DNA from: Bacteroidota bacterium
GTDB taxonomy: Bacteria > Bacteroidota > Bacteroidia > JADZBD01
NCBI GenBank assembly: GCA_040756415.1
Contig: JBFLYZ010000008.1
Location: forward strand, 13,793 to 77,792
DNA: 64,000 nucleotides
Direction: 5' to 3'
Below are positions 9,827 to 18,684 of the stretch, piece by piece. A program made the translations under genes and the position numbers. Under the pieces are notes generated by a model, which was given only the letters and a program-made list of their open reading frames with translations, had not been told where the DNA came from and did no database searches. The first letter of the stretch is position 1, and each line of letters opens with the position of its first letter.

Positions 9827-11916
9827 CCGGCCTTCATGATCCGCCTGGTGATCACAGTGCCGCCCGAGGTGATCTTCAGCAGGTACATGCCTTCGGGCAG
9901 CGCATAGCCGTCCAGATCAACCCCAATAACCTGCTCCCCCGCGCCATACGCTTTTGCCGGGACCATCGCTACCAGTTCACCGAGGGCGTTCAGGACCTCT
10001 ATCCTGATCTCCGCTCCGCGGTCAAGGAAGAGCTCAATGATAATCGAAGAGCCGAACGGATTGGGGTAAACACTGACCTGGTTGGCTGCAACGGGCCCTG
10101 ATTCGGGCATGCCGATACTGTAGCAGTTGCCCGGTATGTTCGCGTCCAGCCAGTTCCAGCGGCTGGTGATCCATTGCTTCAGGTTGTTGATTTCGCCCTG
10201 GTAGGTGGCCGGAGTGGCCGGATTCGGCCATACGTAAGTGCCCAGTATGGGCCATTGAACGAAGTTGCGCTGCTGGCCCTCGCCCAGGTACGCGGCCATC
10301 GAGTCGATATAGCCGTGCAGCGCAGAAATGCTCAGCATATTCGTCTTGAAGTACTCCCACTGGCAACGCAGCTTATTGGTAAAATTGCTATCCTGGAGCA
10401 GGCGGTCCCACCAGAAGGGCACCTGCCAGTTATCGCCCGGGCATACCGCTCCAAAATCATAAGCCCATCCGCTGGGGTTGCTTCCACCGCAATAATTGGC
10501 GTTATACCAGGCAATATCGTAATCCCATACGGGGCCGATCTTCAGCTTGCCACCGCTGCTGGCCTTGTTCTTATGCAGGTAAGTGCTGATGCGGTAGCCG
10601 TCCACGTTTTTGGAAAGCTCGTTGACCAGGAAATAATCGATGAAGGAGTAGGTACTGATGTATTTGCGGTATCCTGTGGCGGTGTCGGTAAAATTAGGGC
10701 CGGCCAGCACGTCTTCAAAACTGTCTACATAGGCCTGGATGTAATTCTTCTGCTGGGCGGTGATGAGCAGGTCGCTGGGGTAATCGTATAAGAAATCGAT
10801 GGAAGCGCTGGTGTTATAAGGCGGTGGGTAAGGCGAGCTCCAGTACCCGTTGCCGTTGCCGGTGAACTTGTCGATCTTGATGATATACCCACCGGTGAGC
10901 GAATCGCCCGCGTTATCGTTTGTGTCGAGCCGCGATATATTCACCCGGTTGTTATCGCGCTTGATCTTTTCCATAAGAATATAAACGCCCTTATACTGCC
11001 CGTTGATCACCAGCTCCACATGCTGCGTGCGCGCTGCATAATGGTTCATGTTGTTCGAGATCCAGTATGAAAGCGTATTGCGCAACAGGGTCTTATCGGT
11101 ATAGTTGGCGTTCAGTATCCAGTCGTGCTCCCTGGGCATGCCCAGCAGGGAAGAGTCGATCTGCATGCCGGTACTGTCAACGGTTTCGAAACCGTAGGAT
11201 TTTTTCGGGAACATCTGCGAGCTGCTGCCGCGTATCTCGATGGCTATCTTGCCGTTGTAATGATTGAAAGGGTCGCTCACGTAATTGCGCACATTGGGGC
11301 CGTTGTAGATGATGCCCATGTCGCATACGATCTTCGGCTCATCGGGTATGGCCTGGCTGTTGGTATTGATGACCACGATAGGCAGGTTGGACGAGGTGAA
11401 GAGCAGAAGGGGCACCGCGGGATTGTTCCCGAACGTAATGTTCCAGTTGATCAGGTTGCCCTGGTCAGCGAAAGGGTACGTGTCCAGGATGTGCAGCCTC
11501 CAGGTTCCGTTGCCGTTCTGGCCGTTATTGATCAGCCCGATATCGCCCATGGGCTTGAACGTACCGGTGAAGGGAGGGCTGCCCGATGTGATGGATGAAG
11601 TGGCGTTGTTCCTGAAGCAGGTGTTGGTGAAGTCGTCTCCTCCGCCACCCGCGGCTGATACGAGCAGGATCTCGGTGCCGTCAGGCGCAACAAGGGAAAT
11701 ATCCAGGTCCGAGTCCCAGGTATGCGTGGCGTTGATGCAGACCGATTCCAGCCCGAAATTGGCGGTGTCCAAGGGCGAGGTAAGGCCCGATACGTTGATG
11801 TTGAAATAAACATCGTTTCCGTCATCCGGGATGCTGCCGCCCGTACCGCTGAAGGTTTGCGTGAAGCAGGCAGGGCTCATGAGCAGCAGGCCGGTAAAAG
11901 CAGTGAAGAATCTCAT
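9823..11916 (-). CDS. CotH kinase-family protein with N-terminal proprotein-convertase P-like domain and T9SS C-terminal sorting domain
   Basis: 697 aa. Signal peptide. P-domain-like region (DLDISLVAPDGTEILLVS…GTWRLHILD). CotH-like core (HYAARTQHVELVINGQYKGVYILMEKIKRD…). C-terminal T9SS CTD (VSVYPNPFGSSIIIELF…GMYLLKITSGG). Confidence 0.8.
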   Translation of the reverse strand: MRFFTAFTGLLLMSPACFTQTFSGTGGSIPDDGNDVYFNINVSGLTSPLDTANFGLESVCINATHTWDSDLDISLVAPDGTEILLVSAAGGGGDDFTNTCFRNNATSSITSGSPPFTGTFKPMGDIGLINNGQNGNGTWRLHILDTYPFADQGNLINWNITFGNNPAVPLLLFTSSNLPIVVINTNSQAIPDEPKIVCDMGIIYNGPNVRNYVSDPFNHYNGKIAIEIRGSSSQMFPKKSYGFETVDSTGMQIDSSLLGMPREHDWILNANYTDKTLLRNTLSYWISNNMNHYAARTQHVELVINGQYKGVYILMEKIKRDNNRVNISRLDTNDNAGDSLTGGYIIKIDKFTGNGNGYWSSPYPPPYNTSASIDFLYDYPSDLLITAQQKNYIQAYVDSFEDVLAGPNFTDTATGYRKYISTYSFIDYFLVNELSKNVDGYRISTYLHKNKASSGGKLKIGPVWDYDIAWYNANYCGGSNPSGWAYDFGAVCPGDNWQVPFWWDRLLQDSNFTNKLRCQWEYFKTNMLSISALHGYIDSMAAYLGEGQQRNFVQWPILGTYVWPNPATPATYQGEINNLKQWITSRWNWLDANIPGNCYSIGMPESGPVAANQVSVYPNPFGSSIIIELFLDRGAEIRIEVLNALGELVAMVPAKAYGAGEQVIGVDLDGYALPEGMYLLKITSGGTVITRRIMKAG

Positions 11917-11971
11917 TGGGGTGGTATTGCCTGAGTAAAATTACTAAATACTTAACAGGAAACCGCGAAAT

Positions 11972-12004
11972 AAAAAAGCTCCTGTGAAACAGGAGCTTTT
12001 TTAA
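11972..12004 (-). terminator. Intrinsic terminator (bidirectional hairpin)
   Basis: aaaaaAGCTCCTGtgaaaCAGGAGCTttttt: a perfect 8-bp stem flanked by A/T runs, between the stop of the T9SS cargo gene and the cotH start. Confidence 0.8.
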
Positions 12005-12017
12005 AAATGATCGCAGA

Positions 12018-12962
12018 TCAATGCCCGACCGTAAATGTTCCTCCGGCCAGCACCTGCCCGTTCTTATCGGTAACAGAGTAAAAATAATTCCCCAGCTTGA
12101 AAGAAGAAACAGGGATAAGCGCCTTTTTATCGTTCATGGGATAAACGCCTGCGGTGCGGCCGATACCGTCATAAATGATCACGCGGGCAGCATTCTCTGT
12201 TTCGGCTGTTATGCTTATGCTCTCCAAGGCGGGGTTCGGAAATGCGCTGACCAGCGTTTGTATGCCGCTCGCATCCTGGATGCCGGTCCAGCCGGTAAGC
12301 GCCACCTGGTCGGCCCACAGCGTGCTGCCGGGCTGGGGGGCATACAGGCTGCTCGAAGAGAAGGAAAGATGCATGCTGTCGGGGAACATGTTCATGAACG
12401 CGGGGTAATAGAAAATAGGCACCCCGAAGTTTTGATACGAAGTGGAAGCCGGAATAGGTATAGCCATATCACCGATGATATCGCGGGACGAGCCGTTCCA
12501 CCTGGTCAGTTCGATGTAGCACCATGCGGTATCTACTCCCGAAGGCGTATACTTTGCCGCAAAGCTGATATTGGATGGGCGGCCGGTAAAAGGTATCCGG
12601 TCCTTAAGCGAAATGCTGGGCGTGGTGACGATCGATCCCTGGAAAGCGAAACCCAGCGTATTAGGGATAGAGCTGGTATCCGGGTTATAGGCCAGGGTTA
12701 CCGTAACGAGCCGCAGCGAATAAGTGCCTGCATAGTTATCAGGTGTAGGGGCCTTGAAGGCCGAAGTGGGGTTCGGGTTGGGGTTCGGAAAGGTAAGTAC
12801 TGGCGAGGCGAAGGTGTTTGCCGTGATCCAGGTGGTGGGTTCTTCGGGCTGCTGCAGGGTAGGGTTTACGGCCCAGGTTTCAAATCCCGCGTTGGTCTGC
12901 GCGGCAGCAGGAGCTGCCCATGTGCCTGCGATCAATAGTACGCCAAGTAGATTCTTTTTCAT
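12018..12962 (-). CDS. Hypothetical secreted protein with T9SS C-terminal sorting domain
   Basis: ORF 12018..13031. Start taken at MKKNLLGVLLIAGTWAAPAAAQ (signal peptide). C-terminal …SAFPNPALESISITAETENAARVIIYDGIGR…FYSVTDKNGQ is typical of a T9SS CTD. Confidence 0.7.
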   Translation of the reverse strand: MKKNLLGVLLIAGTWAAPAAAQTNAGFETWAVNPTLQQPEEPTTWITANTFASPVLTFPNPNPNPTSAFKAPTPDNYAGTYSLRLVTVTLAYNPDTSSIPNTLGFAFQGSIVTTPSISLKDRIPFTGRPSNISFAAKYTPSGVDTAWCYIELTRWNGSSRDIIGDMAIPIPASTSYQNFGVPIFYYPAFMNMFPDSMHLSFSSSSLYAPQPGSTLWADQVALTGWTGIQDASGIQTLVSAFPNPALESISITAETENAARVIIYDGIGRTAGVYPMNDKKALIPVSSFKLGNYFYSVTDKNGQVLAGGTFTVGH

Positions 12963-13054
12963 AAATATCAGGGTTTGGTTTAAGCTTGGTTTAACACAGT
13001 CAAAATTGCTATAAATCTCGCAACCGGCCAAATTTAATTTGAAGGATTCTTACG

Positions 13055-13094
13055 CGCACAAAATGAAGAACGCCCTTCCGGGGGAAGGGCGTTC
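13055..13094 (-). terminator. Intrinsic terminator
   Basis: GAACGCCCTTCC-ggg-GGAAGGGCGTTC hairpin, followed on the minus strand by TTCATTTTGTG. Confidence 0.7.
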
Positions 13095-13113
13095 TCAATG
13101 TAAAATGAATAGC

Positions 13114-14166
13114 TTAGTGCGCCACGCTGAACCTGCCCATGCCAAGGAAAGCACCGCTGGCAGCGCTCACGCGGAAGAAATAGATCCCTGCCGACAGCGT
13201 GGAAACATCGGCAGAAAGCAGGTCGCCAGTTACGCTGAGTGCAGCCACCACCTGGCCGGCAGCGTCAAGTATCTCCACTTTTTCGGCCTCCACTTTCGAG
13301 AGGTCGAAACGCACCTGGCCGCTGGCCGGGTTGGGAAACACAATGATGTTGTTGTAAACAGCCGGCTCGGAATAACCCCCCGGTGCAGGCGTGGCCTGCA
13401 GCCAGTTTACACCGTCAATGGTTCCGTCCAGGGCGCTGTCCATTTCAACAAGCGGAAAGCCTACCCCGTCAGCCCACCAGGCGAAATGATAGTTCGTGTC
13501 GGCATTTGCCTGCAGCATCTGCCATCCCGGAGGGAAGATGGCGTGCGCCCAGATGGTGTCGTATGTTCTCCGGTAATCTTTCTGGCGCAGGGACGGGAAC
13601 ATGCCCAGGGGAGTGGTAACATTGCCCCAGCCGTCTACCATGCAGGTTTTAATGGTCGTGCTCTTGATGCGGATGGAGTCGGCTCCCGGTATCTGGGTAA
13701 AGGGCATGGTGATGGTCACCACTGACGTGTTGTTGTACGTTGTATTGTAGGTGCTCGGGAACGCGATCATCTGGTCATCGGGATTAAACTCCGCGGCCAT
13801 TGGTCCCAGGCCGAAATCACCGTACTGACCCATGGCAAACAGGCCGTTGCTTTGATTGTTCAGGTAAGCGTAGGCGTTCTGCGATCCGAATTGAACGGCC
13901 AGGTTAGCCCCGGGGAAGGACGATCCGTATGGGGTCCAGTTCGGATTGGTGAAGAGCAGCGTGTCGACCACGTGTTGCTGCATAGCGGCCAGGTTCCAGC
14001 TTACATTGGCTCCAGAAGGGCCCGGGCCCACGGTAGGATTGGTGTCAGCGGCCTGCCTGATCACGGTATTCACTCCGGCAACATCCCACTGGTCGACCGT
14101 GATCTGGGCGAAGGAGGAGGCTCCGGCAAAAAGCATTGCGCTTAAAGTCAGTAAATGTTTTTTCAT
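13114..14166 (-). CDS. Hypothetical secreted protein with T9SS C-terminal sorting domain
   Basis: Signal peptide MKKHLLTLSAMLFAGASSFAQ. C-terminal …IIVFPNPASGQVRFDLS…AGIYFFRV… T9SS CTD. Confidence 0.7.
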   Translation of the reverse strand: MKKHLLTLSAMLFAGASSFAQITVDQWDVAGVNTVIRQAADTNPTVGPGPSGANVSWNLAAMQQHVVDTLLFTNPNWTPYGSSFPGANLAVQFGSQNAYAYLNNQSNGLFAMGQYGDFGLGPMAAEFNPDDQMIAFPSTYNTTYNNTSVVTITMPFTQIPGADSIRIKSTTIKTCMVDGWGNVTTPLGMFPSLRQKDYRRTYDTIWAHAIFPPGWQMLQANADTNYHFAWWADGVGFPLVEMDSALDGTIDGVNWLQATPAPGGYSEPAVYNNIIVFPNPASGQVRFDLSKVEAEKVEILDAAGQVVAALSVTGDLLSADVSTLSAGIYFFRVSAASGAFLGMGRFSVAH

Positions 14167-14225
14167 GAAGTGTAGTTTTGGTTTTTAGGGATGGCAAAGG
14201 TAGGAAATATTCGTTTCACGGCCAA

Positions 14226-16073
14226 TTACACGAAGGCCTGCATATCGTACAGTTTCCTGTAGGTGCCGTTGGCTGCAAGCAGGTTCGCGTGGGTACCCCG
14301 CTCAATGATCTCGCCCCGCTGCATGACGATGATCTCATCGGCATGCTGGATGGTGGACAGGCGGTGGGCGATAACGACCGATGTGCGGTTCTTCATCAGC
14401 TTGTTCAGCGCGTCCTGTACCAGGCGCTCGGATTCCGTATCGAGGGCCGAGGTGGCCTCGTCAAGTATGAGTATGGGAGGGTTCTTGAGCACAGCCCGTG
14501 CGATGCTGATGCGCTGCCGCTGCCCGCCCGACATCTTGCTGCCGCGGTCGCCTATATTGGTCTGGTAGCCCTGCGGCATCTGTGAAATGAACTCGTGGGC
14601 ATTAGCCACTTTGGCGGCCGCGATCACGTCAGCCTCCTTCACCCCGCTCATGCCGAAGGCGATGTTGTTGAAAACGGTATCGTTGAAGAGTATGGATTCC
14701 TGGGTAACGATGCCCATCAGGCAACGGAGCTGGTGAAGGGAAACCTCGCGGATGTTGGTCCCATCGATCAGCACCTCGCCTGCCGTGGGGTCGTAAAAGC
14801 GCGGCAGCATATCGGCCAGGGTGGTCTTGCCCGACCCCGACTGGCCGACCAGCGCGATGGTCTTCCCTTTCTCGATGCGCAGGTTGATATGCTTCAGCAC
14901 ATGACCCGCGTCACCCCGGTTATAGGCAAAAGCAACGTTACGGTATTCGATGGCCCGGTCGAAGGAAGCGATGATCTTCGGGTGCTCAGGATCGCGGATA
15001 GATTCTTCCGCCTCCGTGATCTTGCGTATGCGCTCGAGCGAGGCATCGCCCTTTTGCACGTTGAAATAGGCCGTGGTGATGGCCTTGGCAGGAGGGATGA
15101 GCTGTGAGAAGATGGCGATGTAGGTGAGGAATACCGATGCCGAAAGCGCGCTGTCGTGGTTCAGCACCAGCACTCCCCCGAAGTAGGTGATCACGGCCAG
15201 TATGGCTACACCGATGAACTCGCTCAGCGGGGAGGAGAGGTCGCCCAGCCGGTAGGTCCGTATCATGTATGAAGTGTACTCATCATTGGTCTGCCTGAAT
15301 TTGCCGCCAATGTTCTTTTCCGCGTTAAATCCTTTGATGATCTTCAGGCCCGACAGCATTTCCTCCATCTGCGAAAGCAGGGCGCCCATCAGCGTTTTCT
15401 CCCTGAGCGTGGTCTTGCGCAGGGTTTTCCCAAGGCGCGCGATCAGGAGACCGGCCACGGGAAGCAGGATAAAGATAAAAAGCGTGAGCTGCGGGCTCAG
15501 CCAGGTCAGAAAACACAGGAATACCAGGATGTTCAGCGGGTCGCGGAAGATCATTTCGAGCGATTGCATGGTGCTCCATTCCACCTCCTTCACATCGCTG
15601 GTCATGCGGGCCATGATATCGCCTTTGCGCTCATCCGAATAATAGGATAGGGGCAGTACCAGGGCCTTACCGAAGAGCCGGTTGCGCAGGTCGCGCGCCA
15701 CCCCGTTGCGCACGGGCGCTATAAAGTACATGGCCATGTAGCGGGTCAGGTTCTTCATGAAGACCATCACCACCATGAACACGCAGATGAACACCAGCAC
15801 GCGTATCTTGCCTCCTTCCATGATCTCGCGGCTGAGGTGATAGTTCAGCATGTTCATCAGCGATTCCTGCGACAGGCCGGGGGCCGGCTCTCCCTGCGCG
15901 AGTATGTTGCGGTAGAATTCGTCCGTTTGCCTGAACAGCAGCTCCAGCAGGGGTATGAGCATGACAAGCGAGAAAAGGGAAAAGAGTACGGTGAGGAAAT
16001 TGAAGAAGATGTTCAGGGCCGCGTAACGCCAGTAGCCTTTGATGAATTTCAGTACCCCGAAGAGTTTTCTCAT
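14226..16073 (-). CDS. ABC transporter ATP-binding/permease protein (MsbA-like exporter)
   Basis: ORF 14226..16190. Start taken at the internal MRKLFGVLKF (16073), directly after a TATCTTTG box. Six TM helices, then Walker A (GQSGSGKTT), ABC signature (LSGGQRQR) and Walker B (ILILDEATSALD). Confidence 0.9.
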   Translation of the reverse strand: MRKLFGVLKFIKGYWRYAALNIFFNFLTVLFSLFSLVMLIPLLELLFRQTDEFYRNILAQGEPAPGLSQESLMNMLNYHLSREIMEGGKIRVLVFICVFMVVMVFMKNLTRYMAMYFIAPVRNGVARDLRNRLFGKALVLPLSYYSDERKGDIMARMTSDVKEVEWSTMQSLEMIFRDPLNILVFLCFLTWLSPQLTLFIFILLPVAGLLIARLGKTLRKTTLREKTLMGALLSQMEEMLSGLKIIKGFNAEKNIGGKFRQTNDEYTSYMIRTYRLGDLSSPLSEFIGVAILAVITYFGGVLVLNHDSALSASVFLTYIAIFSQLIPPAKAITTAYFNVQKGDASLERIRKITEAEESIRDPEHPKIIASFDRAIEYRNVAFAYNRGDAGHVLKHINLRIEKGKTIALVGQSGSGKTTLADMLPRFYDPTAGEVLIDGTNIREVSLHQLRCLMGIVTQESILFNDTVFNNIAFGMSGVKEADVIAAAKVANAHEFISQMPQGYQTNIGDRGSKMSGGQRQRISIARAVLKNPPILILDEATSALDTESERLVQDALNKLMKNRTSVVIAHRLSTIQHADEIIVMQRGEIIERGTHANLLAANGTYRKLYDMQAFV

Positions 16074-16078
16074 GAAAG

Positions 16079-16108
16079 ACAAAGATAGGAATAGTATGTA
16101 GTCGTGGT
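16079..16108 (-). promoter_or_regulatory. Promoter region with TATCTTTG -7 box and an upstream ATAGTATGTAGTCGTGG element
   Basis: The minus-strand reading is CCACGACTACATACTATTCCTATCTTTGTCTTTC-ATG. A near-identical element lies upstream of the lipoprotein gene at 23769..23800. Confidence 0.5.
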
Positions 16109-16258
16109 TTGCAACCGGTAGTAAACGTATTCCCGCGAACTTTATTTCGGTCGTACCGATTCCGGCTACAAACTGCATGCTCCCCGCCACCTACTTCTAA
16201 CTAATTTTTACCTTTGCCGCCCCAACGTGCCATAAGCGGCACGGCAGGGGAGCATACC

Positions 16259-16597
16259 ATGGAAAGCACCCGCCAGCAGAAAGTAGCCCGCCTCCTTCAG
16301 AAGGAGCTGGCCGATATTTTCCAGAAGCGGAACCATGAGCTGGGCGCGGGAGCCCTGATCACCGTTACCGTGGTGCGCGTGAGCCCCGATCTGTCCTTCG
16401 CCAGGGTTTACCTGAGCATTTTTCCCGTTCATCATAAAGAGGTGTTCCTCCAGCGGATCAGGGATCGGGTAAAAGAGATACGGAGAGACCTCGGGCTTAA
16501 GGTCAGGAACCAATTGCGCATCGTTCCCGAGCTGGCCTTTTACATTGACGATTCGCTGGATTATGCCGATAAGATCGATAAACTGCTGAAGAAATAA
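16259..16597 (+). CDS. rbfA: Ribosome-binding factor A
   Basis: ORF 16214..16597. Start taken at MESTRQQKVARLLQKELADIF. About 113 aa with the typical RbfA N-terminus. Confidence 0.85.
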   Translation: MESTRQQKVARLLQKELADIFQKRNHELGAGALITVTVVRVSPDLSFARVYLSIFPVHHKEVFLQRIRDRVKEIRRDLGLKVRNQLRIVPELAFYIDDSLDYADKIDKLLKK

Positions 16598-16600
16598 GCC

Positions 16601-17410
16601 ATGCATTACGACCCGATCAAACGTTCGCTGGGCAATGTATTCAACCGCTCGCCCTGGCTGCGCAAGCTGTTCTACGGCCTTCTCGACCTGCTGCTGCTGC
16701 GCGCCTGGCATGTGCACCGGGAGCTGAGGCAATGGGCCAAGGGCGCAAAGCGTGAAGTGAACATTTTTGATGCGGGTGCCGGTTTCGGACAGTATTCCTA
16801 CTGGCTCTCCAGGTTCAGTCCGGGATGGAAGATACTGGCCGTGGATGTAAAGGAAGAACAGGTGGAGGATTGCAATAAGTTCTTCAGGCAGATCGGGAAG
16901 GGAGAGCAGGTCAGGTTCGAAGTGGCCGACCTGACCAGGTACGTTAAAACGGAAACGTTCGATCTGGCGCTTTCGGTGGACGTGATGGAGCATATCCTGG
17001 AGGACGTGCAGGTCTTCAGGAACATACATGCTTCGCTCAGGCCGGGCGGCATGCTGCTCATCTCCACGCCATCCGACCAGGGAGGCAGCGATGTGCACGG
17101 GGATGAGGACAGCTCGTTCATTGAAGAGCACGTGCGTGACGGTTATAACATCAGCGAGATTCAGGAAAAGCTGCGCTCGGCAGGCTTTTCGAGGACCGAG
17201 GCGCGCTACTCCTATGGCGCACCCGGTAAAATAGCCTGGCGCCTGTCCATGAAATATCCCATCCTTATGCTGGGGGCATCGAAACTTTTTTTCATCATTC
17301 TGCCTTTTTACTATCTCGTTACGTACCCTTTCGCGTTTATCCTGAATTACCTAGATACCTATTCAACGCATAAGACCGGTACCGGCCTGATCGTTAAAGC
17401 CTGGAAATGA
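16601..17410 (+). CDS. Class I SAM-dependent methyltransferase with C-terminal hydrophobic tail
   Basis: Motif I (VNIFDAGAGFGQYS). VDVMEHI post-I region. C-terminal TM-like segment. Confidence 0.75.
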   Translation: MHYDPIKRSLGNVFNRSPWLRKLFYGLLDLLLLRAWHVHRELRQWAKGAKREVNIFDAGAGFGQYSYWLSRFSPGWKILAVDVKEEQVEDCNKFFRQIGKGEQVRFEVADLTRYVKTETFDLALSVDVMEHILEDVQVFRNIHASLRPGGMLLISTPSDQGGSDVHGDEDSSFIEEHVRDGYNISEIQEKLRSAGFSRTEARYSYGAPGKIAWRLSMKYPILMLGASKLFFIILPFYYLVTYPFAFILNYLDTYSTHKTGTGLIVKAWK

Positions 17411-17412
17411 AA

Positions 17413-18009
17413 TTAAGTTCTCGCAAATTCAATCAGCGGTTTTAATTCTCCGTTATCGGCTTGCCTGACTGCTTTCAGGTACTTATCCCGCGCCTCGCCT
17501 TTTTTATTGATACTTGTTCCGCCCCAGGAAAAAACCTGCTTTCCGAAAATATGGTTGATAATGACGTCACCCATCAGGCGTGAGTGACGTCCATTACCGT
17601 TTGAAAAGCAATGAATACTTACTATTTGGTGCTTATACCTGATCGCAAGTTCTTCTTCAGGATAAGTCCTCTTTTCGAACCAATAAGCGGCATCGCCATT
17701 TAGTTGTTTCAAGGATGTGCCGATTTTATGCCAATCGCAACCGAGGTTTTTGTTCGAGCGCCTGAACTGCCCTGCCCATTTCCAAACATCGCCAAACATT
17801 TTCCGGTGAAGCCCGCAAACGAACTCCTCCGTAAATATTTTTTCCGGCTTGAATCTTTTCGCTATGGTCCATTCAATCGCCTTTTCGATGTTCTGCTGCT
17901 CAAACTCATCCAGCTCGCCACGAGTGGTGATCGTTTTAATCAGCAACCCTTCTTTTTCCTCCTCGTCAAGCGGAGTTTGCCCCGGTAAATATTCGAGTTC
18001 TAATCCCAT
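17413..18009 (-). CDS. Mobile mystery protein B (Fic/Doc family)
   Basis: The Fic motif HCFSNGNGRHSRL is present, matching HxFx(D/E)GNGRxxR. About 198 aa. Overlaps the upstream HTH gene by 10 nt. Noticeably lower GC than the flanking genes. Confidence 0.85.
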   Translation of the reverse strand: MGLELEYLPGQTPLDEEEKEGLLIKTITTRGELDEFEQQNIEKAIEWTIAKRFKPEKIFTEEFVCGLHRKMFGDVWKWAGQFRRSNKNLGCDWHKIGTSLKQLNGDAAYWFEKRTYPEEELAIRYKHQIVSIHCFSNGNGRHSRLMGDVIINHIFGKQVFSWGGTSINKKGEARDKYLKAVRQADNGELKPLIEFART

Positions 18010-18464
18010 AAATACTTGGGCATTTTATTTTTTATTTCCTCCGCTTTGCTCTTGATGGCTTTATCAATACGCTCCTGAGAATTTTCCTGGTCTTCCAGCT
18101 TCATTGTGTTGGAAGTGCGCAATACAATCTCACGAGCTTTTTCGTTAGCCCTTTTCTCAATCATACTCTCAATACTTTCGCCTTTCGGAACGAATCCGTA
18201 AACGAGTTTCAGGTCGAATGCCTTTGCAACCTCCCGTAAGGTTTTGATTGTGATGGAACCATTCGCTTCCCTTTTTTCAAGCTCATCAACGCTTTGGGCC
18301 GACATTTTTAATCGGGCAGCTAACTGCCGGAGCGACATTTTAAGAGCGGTGCGAATAGCATACACCCATCCCCTCTGCGGAGGAGAAACGTTTTCAACCG
18401 ATTTAAACAGGAAGAGTTTTTTATCTACCTGCTCGATAAGGAGTCTTTGTTTTTGTAAGTTCAT
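18000..18464 (-). CDS. Mobile mystery protein A (HTH-XRE DNA-binding protein)
   Basis: 154 aa. HTH segment (LKMSLRQLAARLKMSAQSVDELEKREANGSITIKTLREVAKAF). This is the classic partner of the Fic-family mystery protein B. Confidence 0.8.
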   Translation of the reverse strand: MNLQKQRLLIEQVDKKLFLFKSVENVSPPQRGWVYAIRTALKMSLRQLAARLKMSAQSVDELEKREANGSITIKTLREVAKAFDLKLVYGFVPKGESIESMIEKRANEKAREIVLRTSNTMKLEDQENSQERIDKAIKSKAEEIKNKMPKYLWD

Positions 18465-18626
18465 CAGGTTATAGCCTTAAAATTACAATACAAATTTAAG
18501 GTTATTACCTGATATAATAAAATTAATTTTCAGGTTATATCCTGAAAACTATATACAAGTTTTCAGGTAAAGCCTTGAAAAAAGTCAAAAATGGCAATAA
18601 TACCCTGAAAATACGAGGTTTATACG
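18465..18626 (-). promoter_or_regulatory. AT-rich promoter/operator region with 3-4 copies of an 18-20-nt palindromic repeat, upstream of the HTH/Fic operon
   Basis: CAGGTTATAGCCTTAAAA (18465), TTCAGGTTATATCCTGAAAA (18529, a perfect TTCAGG-N6-CCTGAA palindrome), TTCAGGTAAAGCCTTGAAAA (18562), and the partial CCCTGAAAATACGAGGTTTATACG (18603). There is also AGGTtattACCT at 18499. Confidence 0.6.
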
Positions 18627-18684
18627 TAGCTTAACCTTCGCGAATTCGTTATTCGTATATTCGTACAAATTCGCATTTCGCAGC

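Noticed and set aside
12021-14145. + strand ORFs overlapping the two T9SS cargo genes
   Set aside because: Antisense to genes that have a signal peptide and a T9SS CTD.
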